This document shows, one piece after another, positions 18,267 through 28,053 of a stretch of DNA of 64,000 nucleotides (the stretch's first letter is position 1; every line of letters begins with the position of its first letter). A program made the position numbers and the translations under genes. The stretch is from IMG/VR virus record IMGVR_UViG_3300028048_000089, positions 1 through 64,000 of that record. One strand, 5' to 3'. The notes under the pieces were generated by a model that did no database searches, was not told the origin of the DNA, and saw nothing but the letters and a program-made list of their open reading frames with translations. The stretch is from a virus (Duplodnaviria; Caudoviricetes).

Positions 18267-19117
18267 TATTTTCTAAACTTGCTACTAATAATCTTAGGGA
18301 CAGCAACTTCCCAATCAATTAAGTGGTGAATTCTTTTGTGTGATTGTCCCATTTCGGAAATTTTAACACAACTTGGACATAACATTACACTATAGAAAGA
18401 TTTAACATATGTACCATATTGTAAGTATGCTTCAGTAATACCACCAGCATTTGCTTGAGTTTGTGGTTGGTCTAAACACATATCTCTTGTAGTAAAAAAT
18501 AAGTAACCTCTTTTACCATAATCAACATATGCATTGACATCATCATTGAATCTACCTAAAAATTGGAATGGTCTATCTACTCTACAAAAGAAACTATTCA
18601 TTGCTTTTCTTGTTATTTGTTGAGACCAAACAGAACTACCTGTACCACCTAAGAAGTCACCAGTTTGTGCAAATGCAACACATACTGCACCTGATAAATC
18701 TAAGAAGTCTAAGTATGGTTGAATGAGTTCATCAAATTGAGTTACATATCTTGTCTTTAAAGAATCATCTTCTTCATATCTTTGTCTAAAACACATGTAG
18801 TCATCTTCAAGTTCTAAGAAGTATGTAAGACCTAATTCTTTAGCAATTCTATGAAATACATTACGAGCAAAAGTTGGAACACCTCTACCTTTGAAGTTAT
18901 CCATAATATCAAATGTTTTACCTGCTTCTTCTTTGTTGAAAATAATTATATGTTCTTCACCAAAGTTTTTAATGTATTCATCTCTTTGATTGTCTTCATC
19001 ATCAATAATGATATACCATTTACCTGTGTAATTAACTTCTTTTAAAGTATTAACAGTTCTAACATTATTGGCCCTTCCATGAGACAATATCATAATTGCA
19101 AAATCATCTCTTACCAT
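18266..19117 (-). CDS. TAGT-like glycosyltransferase, copy 3
   Basis: Same motif set. Confidence 0.75.
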   Translation of the reverse strand: MVRDDFAIMILSHGRANNVRTVNTLKEVNYTGKWYIIIDDEDNQRDEYIKNFGEEHIIIFNKEEAGKTFDIMDNFKGRGVPTFARNVFHRIAKELGLTYFLELEDDYMCFRQRYEEDDSLKTRYVTQFDELIQPYLDFLDLSGAVCVAFAQTGDFLGGTGSSVWSQQITRKAMNSFFCRVDRPFQFLGRFNDDVNAYVDYGKRGYLFFTTRDMCLDQPQTQANAGGITEAYLQYGTYVKSFYSVMLCPSCVKISEMGQSHKRIHHLIDWEVAVPKIISSKFRK

Positions 19118-19134
19118 AAACTACCTCTAATATA

Positions 19135-20001
19135 TTATACTTTAAATTTACTACTGATAATTTTAGGAACTGCATTTTCCCAATTTATGTTATGATGAAT
19201 TCTTCTATGACCAAGTCCCATCATATCAATCTTAACTGATGATGGAGATACCATAACACTATAGAATGACTTAATATATGTTCCAAGTTCTTGATACATT
19301 TCTGTATTACCACTACCAGTCTTTTGAGTTTCTTGTTGGTGCATACATAAATCTCTAAAAGTTAAGAAGAGCATACCTCTAGCACCTTCAGTAACATATG
19401 TATTAACATCATCATTCATACGGCCAATAAAAGTAAATGGTCTATCAACATTACATAAGAAAGTATTCATTGCCTTTCTTTTGATAACATCTTTCCACAT
19501 TTGACTACCTGTTCCACCAATCCAGTCACCTTGTTGACTCATTGCAATTGTAGTAATTTGTGGGCATTCTTCCATATATTCAATCATTGCATCAATTATT
19601 AAATCAAAATTATTTAAAATATATGCAGTTAAAGAAACACCATCAGGAGAATATCTCATTTTAAATTCTGAATAATCATCTTCATATTCAAAGAACCATT
19701 TAAGACCAAGATTTTTTGCAATTTCAAAACATTTATTTCTAGCATAAACAACAGAGTTTCTACTCTTATCTAAAAATCTATCACAAATATCAAACTCTTC
19801 ATTTTCTGCTTGTTTAATTCTATCAAAAACAATAACATGTTCTTCACCATAAAGTCTCTTATATTCATCTATAGTTGAATCTTCATTATCTAGAATTAAA
19901 TACCACTTGCCTGTGTAAATATGTTCTTGAAGATATTTCACAGTATATTGTGCATATGGTCTACCATGTGTTAAAATAAAAATTGCAAAATCGTCTCTCA
20001 T
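19135..20001 (-). CDS. TAGT-like glycosyltransferase, copy 2
   Basis: Same motif set. Confidence 0.75.
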   Translation of the reverse strand: MRDDFAIFILTHGRPYAQYTVKYLQEHIYTGKWYLILDNEDSTIDEYKRLYGEEHVIVFDRIKQAENEEFDICDRFLDKSRNSVVYARNKCFEIAKNLGLKWFFEYEDDYSEFKMRYSPDGVSLTAYILNNFDLIIDAMIEYMEECPQITTIAMSQQGDWIGGTGSQMWKDVIKRKAMNTFLCNVDRPFTFIGRMNDDVNTYVTEGARGMLFLTFRDLCMHQQETQKTGSGNTEMYQELGTYIKSFYSVMVSPSSVKIDMMGLGHRRIHHNINWENAVPKIISSKFKV

Positions 20002-20002
20002 A

Positions 20003-20866
20003 TTATTTCCTATAACTTGAACTTATAATCTTTGGATAAGCATTGTCTTTTGACATTTGTGGAATATATTTACCTTTCCACAATTTTGGCAAACAATAAC
20101 TTGGTCCAATCATTGTTGAATAAAATGCCCTTGTGAATGAAGATGAGTTAGCATAATATAATGCCATACCATCTTCTTTAGAATCACCACCCTTTTGAGT
20201 ATATTGTGGTGCAACTTCAACTTCAACAAAAGCAGGTGACAAGAATAATTTACCAACAGAACCATACTTAATTGCAGTATTAAAGTCTTCCATTGGCATA
20301 TTCCATCTAATTTCTTTTTTAACATCTCTAAAGAAAAAGTTAGATACAGACCTTCTTGTCAAATAACCACCAGTAATAAAACCTTCATAACCACTAAAGT
20401 AGAAGTTTGGAGTTCCAAAACCAATGCATGTTATGTCATTATTAACTAAAAACTCTAAGTAACATTCTAACACTTTATTGATATCATTAATCTTTGTTCT
20501 TAAAAGTTTCTTATTGACATCATCAACAGGTCTGAATACGAAATTATTAATGTCATCATCACACATAATAAATGCATCAAGACCAAGTACTTTAGCAACA
20601 TCTTCAATAAAGTTTCTAGCATATAACACACATGCACTTGGAATATTATTACTATCATGACCACTATCAGTTGTAATCATATAAGATTCTTTATTGAACA
20701 CAAGTAATTTATCTTGATAAATCTCTTGGTACTGCTCGTATAAAGGGTCTTCATCATCAATAACTATATAATAGTCACCATTATAATTAAGGCCCTTGAG
20801 TGTGTCTAAAGTTTTACACACAGAAGGGTTTTTATGTGATGTTATAAACAACGCATACTTAATCAT
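20003..20866 (-). CDS. TAGT-like glycosyltransferase, copy 1 (divergent)
   Basis: FITSH, YARN, MCDDD, MEDF, PKIISS. Confidence 0.7.
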   Translation of the reverse strand: MIKYALFITSHKNPSVCKTLDTLKGLNYNGDYYIVIDDEDPLYEQYQEIYQDKLLVFNKESYMITTDSGHDSNNIPSACVLYARNFIEDVAKVLGLDAFIMCDDDINNFVFRPVDDVNKKLLRTKINDINKVLECYLEFLVNNDITCIGFGTPNFYFSGYEGFITGGYLTRRSVSNFFFRDVKKEIRWNMPMEDFNTAIKYGSVGKLFLSPAFVEVEVAPQYTQKGGDSKEDGMALYYANSSSFTRAFYSTMIGPSYCLPKLWKGKYIPQMSKDNAYPKIISSSYRK

Positions 20867-20868
20867 AA

Positions 20869-21309
20869 TTAGTCTTTATTTGCAGGAGTTGTTTGATTAT
20901 GGAAATCTTTACTCACAGGGGTACCTGTTTCTTCCATAATCTTTTTAATGTTTTTACTTAACTTAACATAACCATTAGCAATAGCATCATCAATATCAAT
21001 GATAACTAAGGCACTTTGTTCCATAAGTTCTTGCATTTCTTTACTTGCATGAGCATAGTAATCAGCAATTTTAGAGTAAGTAAACACTATATGTCTTGTT
21101 GCACCTAATCTAAGGAATTCTTTTTCTTCTTCACTAACATTTGATGCATTAATATTTCTAAGTAATTCTTTATACTTAGTTAAATTCACTAATGAATCTA
21201 ATCTTGGACATTCTGCGCTTGGAAGATATTGTGGAACACCAACTTTAGTAGTGTACTTTTTATCTTCTTCAGTTTCTTCAACGCCAAATAAGTTAAATAA
21301 ATCGTCCAT
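20869..21309 (-). CDS. Glycosyltransferase-associated partner protein
   Basis: EEKEFLRLGATRHIVFTYSKIADYYAHA...MEQSALVIID resembles a domain commonly encoded beside phage TAGT genes; start placed at MDDLFNLF behind GGAGG. Confidence 0.6.
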   Translation of the reverse strand: MDDLFNLFGVEETEEDKKYTTKVGVPQYLPSAECPRLDSLVNLTKYKELLRNINASNVSEEEKEFLRLGATRHIVFTYSKIADYYAHASKEMQELMEQSALVIIDIDDAIANGYVKLSKNIKKIMEETGTPVSKDFHNQTTPANKD

Positions 21310-21323
21310 AAACACCTCCAAAA

Positions 21324-22442
21324 TTATCTAATTTGTTTTTGAGAGAGAACATTTTTAACATTGCCGAAAGAGATAACAACAGCTTGATTATCACCAAAAC
21401 TTAAATTAAAGACTTGTGAATCAAGTGTAGAAAGCATACTCTTAACAACCTCTAAATCTAAATTTGCAACATATGGTGTTTCAACATTACCAGATGTATA
21501 TGCAACAACCTCATTATTTGTTCTTCTATGGTCATAAATAGTGACACAAGTCTCAGAGAATTCAAAGATACCGATGCCTCTATTTAAAGTATTTGTTGTA
21601 TCAAACAATAATAATCTATCAATTGCATCTAAAACATCTTTTTTATCAAAAGTAACTGTATTGTCAAAAACTTTATTTGCTCTACCTCTAATAGCTGCAA
21701 CAGGGAAAGAGTTAACTAAAGATTGGTCATTTGTTAAAATAGATGTAATTTCAACATTGTCTTGAGCAAACATAACTCTTGTTTGTGCAATACCGCTAAC
21801 ATCTTCAAAACCGAATGTAACATTAACATCACTATCTTTAAATAATTTAAAGAGTTTAACTAATTTTGGAGTTAACATAACTTTGATTGTTGTTGGTAAT
21901 GCAAATGAGTTAACACATGCACTAGAATTTGTGAATGTTAAACAACCTTCTTGGTCTAAGTAATAGAGTTTTTGAACTTGTTTTGTAGCATTAACATTAA
22001 TTTCTCTACTATTGTTATTTAAGATTGTCATTAATGTTGCACCTGGAACAACAAAACTAGATGTTGGATTACTAACTTTAATTTTTGGTAACACAACCAT
22101 TGAATCAACATCAAACTTTAATGGGAACTTATATGTACCATTTGCTTTAACAACAAGAGCAGAATCATTAGTTGTAAGTTCAACTGTCTTTGTAGTAATC
22201 TTACTAATTAATGCTAAAAATAATTTTGCATCAACAACAGCATGAATTGAATCTTCATTATCTAAAGGTAAAGACACTTTCACATAGTATTCACCATTAG
22301 TAACATTTAAATCTAAAACTTTGCCATCAGCAACTAATTCAACGGTGTCATTAAATGCAACATTCTTTAATGCAGAGTCAGTATCAACAGCACCGACAAT
22401 GCTCTTGCAAACTTCTTGGAATTTTTCCGCTTGTAAAATCAT
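21324..22442 (-). CDS. dnaN: DNA sliding clamp (beta subunit)
   Basis: 372 aa, three-domain beta-clamp pattern; clamp loader genes present in the window. Confidence 0.8.
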   Translation of the reverse strand: MILQAEKFQEVCKSIVGAVDTDSALKNVAFNDTVELVADGKVLDLNVTNGEYYVKVSLPLDNEDSIHAVVDAKLFLALISKITTKTVELTTNDSALVVKANGTYKFPLKFDVDSMVVLPKIKVSNPTSSFVVPGATLMTILNNNSREINVNATKQVQKLYYLDQEGCLTFTNSSACVNSFALPTTIKVMLTPKLVKLFKLFKDSDVNVTFGFEDVSGIAQTRVMFAQDNVEITSILTNDQSLVNSFPVAAIRGRANKVFDNTVTFDKKDVLDAIDRLLLFDTTNTLNRGIGIFEFSETCVTIYDHRRTNNEVVAYTSGNVETPYVANLDLEVVKSMLSTLDSQVFNLSFGDNQAVVISFGNVKNVLSQKQIR

Positions 22443-22481
22443 TTTTTTAACTTCCTTTCAATCATTATATTATACAACTTA

Positions 22482-23586
22482 TTATTCAACTAATTTTCTA
22501 ATAAATTGTTCAGTAGATTCAGTATGTTCACTAATAAGTTTAGCGATTGCTTCTTCTTTTGTCAAGTTATTTTTATTCATATATGAGTCTAATTCTTTAA
22601 GTAACTCTGCTTGATATTCATCTTCATACCAGTGAGATACATTATAAGCATCACAACTCATTGGAACATTCATATAAGGTTTTGCAGTATCTACCATAAC
22701 TTGAGTTAATCTCTTAGCAACTTGTTCAGAGTTTTCTTCAGGACATTCACCTAAAACTTCATCATGAATTGTAATTAATAATTTAAAACCTAATCTATTA
22801 AGTTCTTCATCATTATCAATGTTAATCATTGCTAACTTAGTTAAAGTGGCTGCACCGCCTTGAATAATAGCATTAACACTTTGTCTTTCTGCTTGTGCAA
22901 TAAATGAAGAATTATTTTTAATGACAATATCATCTTTCAATGCTTTTGAGATGATTTCATCTCTTTGTTTTCCCCACTTTGCTTTTGCTAATTGTTTCTT
23001 ATAATCTTGAATCTTTAATTCTAATAACTCATCACTTCTATCTTCACAATCAATAAAAGGATTAAAGTTTTTTATAGAGTTATTATCTGTAAGAGATGTA
23101 AACTCATATTCAGGTAATAAGATGTCAGGCAATCTCCTTCTTCTACCATACCAATCTTCTACATACCCACATTGTTTAACACTCTTATGAGTGTCATTAA
23201 TCCATTTTTCCACCTTTGGGAAGGCTTTAAAGAATTTATTAATGATTTCTTGGGCATCTTCTCTAGATTTGCCTAATTGTTCACCAATAGAGTTGGCCCC
23301 TCTACCATATTCAAGGCCTAATAAAATTGTCTTTGCTTGACTTCTTCTTTCTTTACCATCAACTTGTTTCTCATGAGTGATAGGATTAAACTCTAAACAC
23401 TTCTCATAAGGGACACCAAAGGATAAAGATGCAATAACAGCATACAAGTCTTTACCTTCTTTATATGCATCAAGCATACTCTTGTCTTGAGACATGAAAG
23501 CAGTTAACCTAGGTTCTTGGGCCGACTTACGAATAGTCACTACCAACTATTCTATATTGTTTTCTAGTTTGTATTGACTTTTTCAT
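22482..23586 (-). CDS. polA: Family-A DNA polymerase, C-terminal part; 19-codon ORF 23586-23527 plus 23522-22482, needing a 7-nt bypass
   Basis: GAGGAGGTG RBS, MKKSIQTRKQYRIVGSDYS-stop, then AQEPR in the +1 frame; motif B RSQAKTILLGLEYG, motif C TIHDE. Confidence 0.85.
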
Positions 23587-23603
23587 AGCACCACCTCCTC
23601 TCT

Positions 23604-24563
23604 TTATATTTTATACCACTTTATATTTTCTATTATTTTAGTACAATTATCTTCTTTAGAATGTTTTTTAACTGATGAGCAGCTAGGGAGATATGTAATA
23701 GCCTTTCCTTGAATTGATGCTTTTATCTTTCTTTGTAAAGTTGTTTCAGCATATTTATCCCCAAATGGTTTATAATTATTATACCACCAAATAGTTGCAT
23801 CTCTAATTGTTTTAAAATCTTTTCTTATTTTATTATCAATAATACAATAACAACCCACACCTCGTGAATTAAATCTATTCATTTGTGGCTCATTTGTTGT
23901 CATCATTTCTTGTCCACATCTTTGAGCATAACTTCTCTTCTCGTATTTTAACCACCCATTGTTTAAATATTCTTGCAGTTTTTCAGGTCTAACTCTTATT
24001 GTCTTACTACCCTTATAAATATACACGAGTGTTTTTTGGTTTTCGGATATCTTTTTTCTTATTTCACTAGAAAATAATTCTCCTCTTTCTCTCTTTTTCT
24101 TCATTGTAAGCGATATTTTGTTTCTCACATACTCACTTCTCATAGAGTTTTTATGTCTTTCTCTATACACATCATTATACATAGGATTATGAAGACTGCA
24201 CTTCTTTCTACATTCCTCATACTCTGATTGTAAAACATCTAAATCACTATAAGTAAAATGTTTATTCATATAAGATAGAGCAATAAAATTGTTATAAAAG
24301 AAAGTTTCAGTTGATGAACATAATGCTAACAATAAATGAGCAATAAAATGGTCCTTATATTGTAAATTTATATAATTCTCCTTTGAATTATCAACATCTA
24401 AATTATTTTCTCTATAATAAAATCTTGGAATAATGTGATGTTTTTGAGTTTTAAATTTTTCTCTTTTAGTTTCTCTGTTTGATTCAATAAGTTCTACATA
24501 CTTATCTAAATACTCATTGTCAATACAAAGACCAATATCTAGTAATTTTTCTTTAAGTGTCAT
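23604..24563 (-). mobile_element. Free-standing HNH homing endonuclease (Mob-like; HEG3) between the polA halves
   Basis: HHIIPR...N...DHFIAH; NUMOD3-like SEYVRNKIS and SSEIRKKIS; ATG at 24563 behind AAGGAG. Confidence 0.85.
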
Positions 24564-24615
24564 ATAAATCTCCTTATACTTCACTTAATTTAGCAAGTGA
24601 TTTTTCGGCTCAAGA

Positions 24616-26184
24616 TTAAATATAAATAAATATCTTTGAATTTTCAACAATTAAAGACTTGACAACATCATAAGAGTTTTCTGAATTGAGTAATTTATCT
24701 CCAACTTTTAAATCTTTGGCTTTAACCCATAAATCATTAAACAAATTAACTTCATCATAATAATCTACAACATAACAGTTGTCATCACATTCTATAGTAT
24801 TATACCTTGTACTTGCTTTAAACAATAATCTTATGTCTTTAGCATGAGAAGGGATTTGTTGTAAGTTTGGGTCTTGACTACTAAATCTACCTGTATCAGT
24901 GCCACATTGATTAAAACTACAATGTATTCTATTATCATAATTAACTTCTTGAGAAAGACTATCAACGAAGTCTCTAACTAACTTCAATAATTTCTTTCTC
25001 TCATTAATTAATTTACAAATCTTAAAAGGCATTTGGTCAATAATCTTTTCACCGGTACCTCTAGGAGATTTCTTATCAATTGCAGGAGATTTTAAAACAT
25101 CATACAATAAAATTGCTAATTGTGTTGGAGATTCTAAGTTAATTGGCCATTCAAGTTGCTCATTTTTTGATTTTTGCAACTTACCTGATTTCATTACTTT
25201 ATTATTTGCATCTTGAGATAATCTCCAAGTATCAACTTGAGGTTTTAATTGTTCAAGTTCTTCATCTATAAGTACTTGATATTCATCAACTTTTTTGTGA
25301 TACTTTTCACTTAATCTCTTTGCATAATCTTGGTCAATTTCAATACCTCTAAGTTCCATGTCTTTAACAACTTTGACTAAAGGCATTTCAATATCTCTAA
25401 ACAATCTATACAATTTACTATTTTCAGGTTTGTTAAATTGACCTACTTGATACTCATATAATTTATAAGTCATCATTGGGTCCGTAGCAGAATATAAAGC
25501 AAACACATGAGGAGGAACTTGTTCATAGTCAACACTACCAAATAAATGCTCAATGTCATATTTATCATGGTCAGGGTCAACATGTAATTTATATTGAACT
25601 TTCAATTTTGACTCTTCATTTTCATCTAATATTCTAGCTGCAATTTGAGTATCCCAATAAATAGGCAATTCAATACCACAAGTACATTGAAGAACTCTAA
25701 CATCAAATGATGCATTATGATAAATACACTTAGTATTTGCATCTTTAATTCTTTGCAATTCTTCTTTAATGTCTTTAGTTGTCAATTGATTACTAAGAAG
25801 ATTACCATCAAGGTCAACATGACTAATAGGAATATAAATTTGTTTCTCATTCTTAGTATATAAACATGGACCAACTAATTTACATGTTAAAGGGTCAAGA
25901 CTCTTATTGGTTTCAGTATCAATAGAAATAAAACCATTTTCAATTGCTTTATTAATGAATCTATGTAATTCTTCTTTTGAATAAAGAGTTACAGTATCTT
26001 CAGCATGCTTACCTAAAATTCTATAGACTTCTTCTTCAATTGCTTTCAGCCTATCACAAAGAGGAAGTTTTGAAGAACTTTTTTTGCTCTTCTTAACTTC
26101 CTTTGGATTATTAATATTGTCAAGTATCTTTTGGGTAGAATCTTCTATTTCAAATTCTTCTCCCCATAAACCTTCACTAATCAT
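24616..26184 (-). CDS. polA: Family-A DNA polymerase, N-terminal part (3'-5' exonuclease and thumb) with a Hint-like tail
   Basis: IDTET, HNASFD, YSATD, TGRFSSQDPNLQQIP, IRLLF; ends before motif A. Confidence 0.9.
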   Translation of the reverse strand: MISEGLWGEEFEIEDSTQKILDNINNPKEVKKSKKSSSKLPLCDRLKAIEEEVYRILGKHAEDTVTLYSKEELHRFINKAIENGFISIDTETNKSLDPLTCKLVGPCLYTKNEKQIYIPISHVDLDGNLLSNQLTTKDIKEELQRIKDANTKCIYHNASFDVRVLQCTCGIELPIYWDTQIAARILDENEESKLKVQYKLHVDPDHDKYDIEHLFGSVDYEQVPPHVFALYSATDPMMTYKLYEYQVGQFNKPENSKLYRLFRDIEMPLVKVVKDMELRGIEIDQDYAKRLSEKYHKKVDEYQVLIDEELEQLKPQVDTWRLSQDANNKVMKSGKLQKSKNEQLEWPINLESPTQLAILLYDVLKSPAIDKKSPRGTGEKIIDQMPFKICKLINERKKLLKLVRDFVDSLSQEVNYDNRIHCSFNQCGTDTGRFSSQDPNLQQIPSHAKDIRLLFKASTRYNTIECDDNCYVVDYYDEVNLFNDLWVKAKDLKVGDKLLNSENSYDVVKSLIVENSKIFIYI

Positions 26185-27032
26185 TATTCAATGTCGTATG
26201 TTCTTCTTGGTCTTGTAAATGTAAAGCCATCAGAAGGTTGTTGAGGTTGTTGTGGTTGTTGCACTGGTGTTGATGGCATATCATCATACTTTGGTGCAGG
26301 AGTTGGAGATAAGGCTTGTTCAACTTGTCTTTCTTCTTCAACAGAATTGAACACAGGTGCACCACCAACTTTAATACCATTATCTAATGTAGTTAAATTA
26401 TCATTGTTTTGAGATTTTTTTGGCATTGGGAAATCACCAGATTGTAAAAATTCTTCAATGTCTTCTTTACTTCTTTCCATATAGGAATGATGTGCTAAAT
26501 CAAAATCTTCAAAAGCACTGAAATCTTTAACATAACCATTTGCTTCTGTATATTTCATAGGATTTGCATATTGAATATCATAACTTGTATCAATACCACT
26601 ACCAATTCTTGTAATAGTAAATAAATTATTACATAAGTCACCATATTCATTAAATCTTGCAGATAAAATATCAGCATATTTCTTTTGGAAATTAGCAACT
26701 TCAGGAGAAACTTTAACAACTTTACCAGTTTCATCTTGAATATAATGTAAAAGTTTAACAAAGAATCTTGCTTTAATTGGTGTACCATTTGCACATAAAG
26801 GACATGCATCCATTGGGTCTTTAGCACTTCTTAAACAAACAACACTTCTAGTTCTATCTTTAATCTTAACTTCATGAATTGTTGTAATTTCAAAATCTTT
26901 TGGTGTTGCAAACATAAATCTAACAATTGCTTTTTCACCTGGTTTTAATTTAAAATAACCAACTTTTCTTTCTTTCTTTTGGTTAGATGTACTCTTCATA
27001 TCAGAGTATGTTTCATACGAATATTTTGGCAT
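26184..27032 (-). CDS. gp32-like single-stranded DNA-binding protein
   Basis: YFKLKPGEKAIVRF, His/Cys zinc site (CPLC), ITRIGSGIDTSY, disordered tail. Confidence 0.75.
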   Translation of the reverse strand: MPKYSYETYSDMKSTSNQKKERKVGYFKLKPGEKAIVRFMFATPKDFEITTIHEVKIKDRTRSVVCLRSAKDPMDACPLCANGTPIKARFFVKLLHYIQDETGKVVKVSPEVANFQKKYADILSARFNEYGDLCNNLFTITRIGSGIDTSYDIQYANPMKYTEANGYVKDFSAFEDFDLAHHSYMERSKEDIEEFLQSGDFPMPKKSQNNDNLTTLDNGIKVGGAPVFNSVEEERQVEQALSPTPAPKYDDMPSTPVQQPQQPQQPSDGFTFTRPRRTYDIE

Positions 27033-27066
27033 AATCTTCTCCTTTTAATCATTATATTATACAACA

Positions 27067-27564
27067 TTATTTACCAGTGGAACCAAAGCCACCAATACCT
27101 CTTTCGGTTTCATTTAATTCATCTACTTCTTCAAATTCAATAGGAAGAGTAAACCCTAATTTGATTTGGCCAATCCTATCTCCAACTTTATACTTTTCTT
27201 TACCTGGAATTACTTCATAGAAATAGGCCAATACTTCACCTCTATAGAGTTCATCAATAGTTCCTTCACAGTTACTTAATATAAGCCCTGTTTTCCAAAT
27301 TGAAGAACGAGGCCTAAAGTCTAGTGATAGTTTAACTTTGGAATCAGACACCAATTCTTCTAGATTCAATCCCCACTGTACAAACATACCAAATATTAGA
27401 GATGGTTTTCTAACTACCTCAAATGCAAGACCAATACCATATTTCCAAATACCGGGTTCTACTTCTTCACATGAAGTTGCATAGACATCATAACAAAAGT
27501 CTTCATCATGAACCTTCGTAGGGGTTTTTGCTAAGTCATTTAATTTTTTAATTTTTACTATCAT
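27067..27564 (-). CDS. dut: Trimeric dUTPase
   Basis: PRSS, GTIDELYRGE, GDRIGQ, RGIGGFGSTG. Confidence 0.93.
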   Translation of the reverse strand: MIVKIKKLNDLAKTPTKVHDEDFCYDVYATSCEEVEPGIWKYGIGLAFEVVRKPSLIFGMFVQWGLNLEELVSDSKVKLSLDFRPRSSIWKTGLILSNCEGTIDELYRGEVLAYFYEVIPGKEKYKVGDRIGQIKLGFTLPIEFEEVDELNETERGIGGFGSTGK

Positions 27565-27574
27565 ATAACCTCCT

Positions 27575-27775
27575 TTATACTGGTATATTAAGTGCATGAC
27601 ATAACCATATTGCTTCAAATAATGCTACTGCAAATGAGACAAAGAATAAACCCCCTTTAGCAGGTATGCATTTTATTTTGTCATCTCTATATTTATATAC
27701 AATAACACTAAGAGGAATAACAACTGCTAATCCCAATATTCCTACATAAATCATTTCAAGTACAAATTCATTCAT
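27575..27775 (-). CDS. Small membrane protein
   Basis: Two TM segments. Confidence 0.55.
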   Translation of the reverse strand: MNEFVLEMIYVGILGLAVVIPLSVIVYKYRDDKIKCIPAKGGLFFVSFAVALFEAIWLCHALNIPV

Positions 27776-28037
27776 GCTTTAAAAACTCCAATAATTCAGT
27801 TATTGTATTAAATGTCTTTTTAACTTTACCATAATAAATATGTTCTTTAACATATACTGGATAACCTTCTTCATAATGGTCAGGAACATCAAATGCTTGA
27901 GCTAATGTTCCCTTTTTGGTTATATACCAATAGGATAAATTACTATTTGGGTCATATAAATCATGATAGTCTAGATTTTCATACGGAGCGATTACTTTTC
28001 CGTTTTCTAATAAATAATAATTGACTCTTTTTTCCAT
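27768..28037 (-). CDS. Hypothetical protein
   Basis: 89 aa ORF. Confidence 0.55.
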   Translation of the reverse strand: MEKRVNYYLLENGKVIAPYENLDYHDLYDPNSNLSYWYITKKGTLAQAFDVPDHYEEGYPVYVKEHIYYGKVKKTFNTITELLEFLKHE

Positions 28038-28053
28038 TATTTATAGCCCTCTA

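Noticed and set aside
23523-23546. TTG start at 23546 for the C-terminal polA ORF as given in the track
   Set aside because: It has no RBS and omits the motif-A Asp; the RBS-led start is 23586 in another frame
23587-24615. Group I intron interrupting polA (likewise at HEG1 and HEG2)
   Set aside because: Only about 20-60 nt of non-coding DNA flank each endonuclease, with no room for a P3-P9 core, and the downstream genes have their own RBS and ATG
24616-24815. Functional split intein
   Set aside because: No TxxH block and no C-terminal His-Asn before a nucleophile; kept only as a degenerate Hint relic
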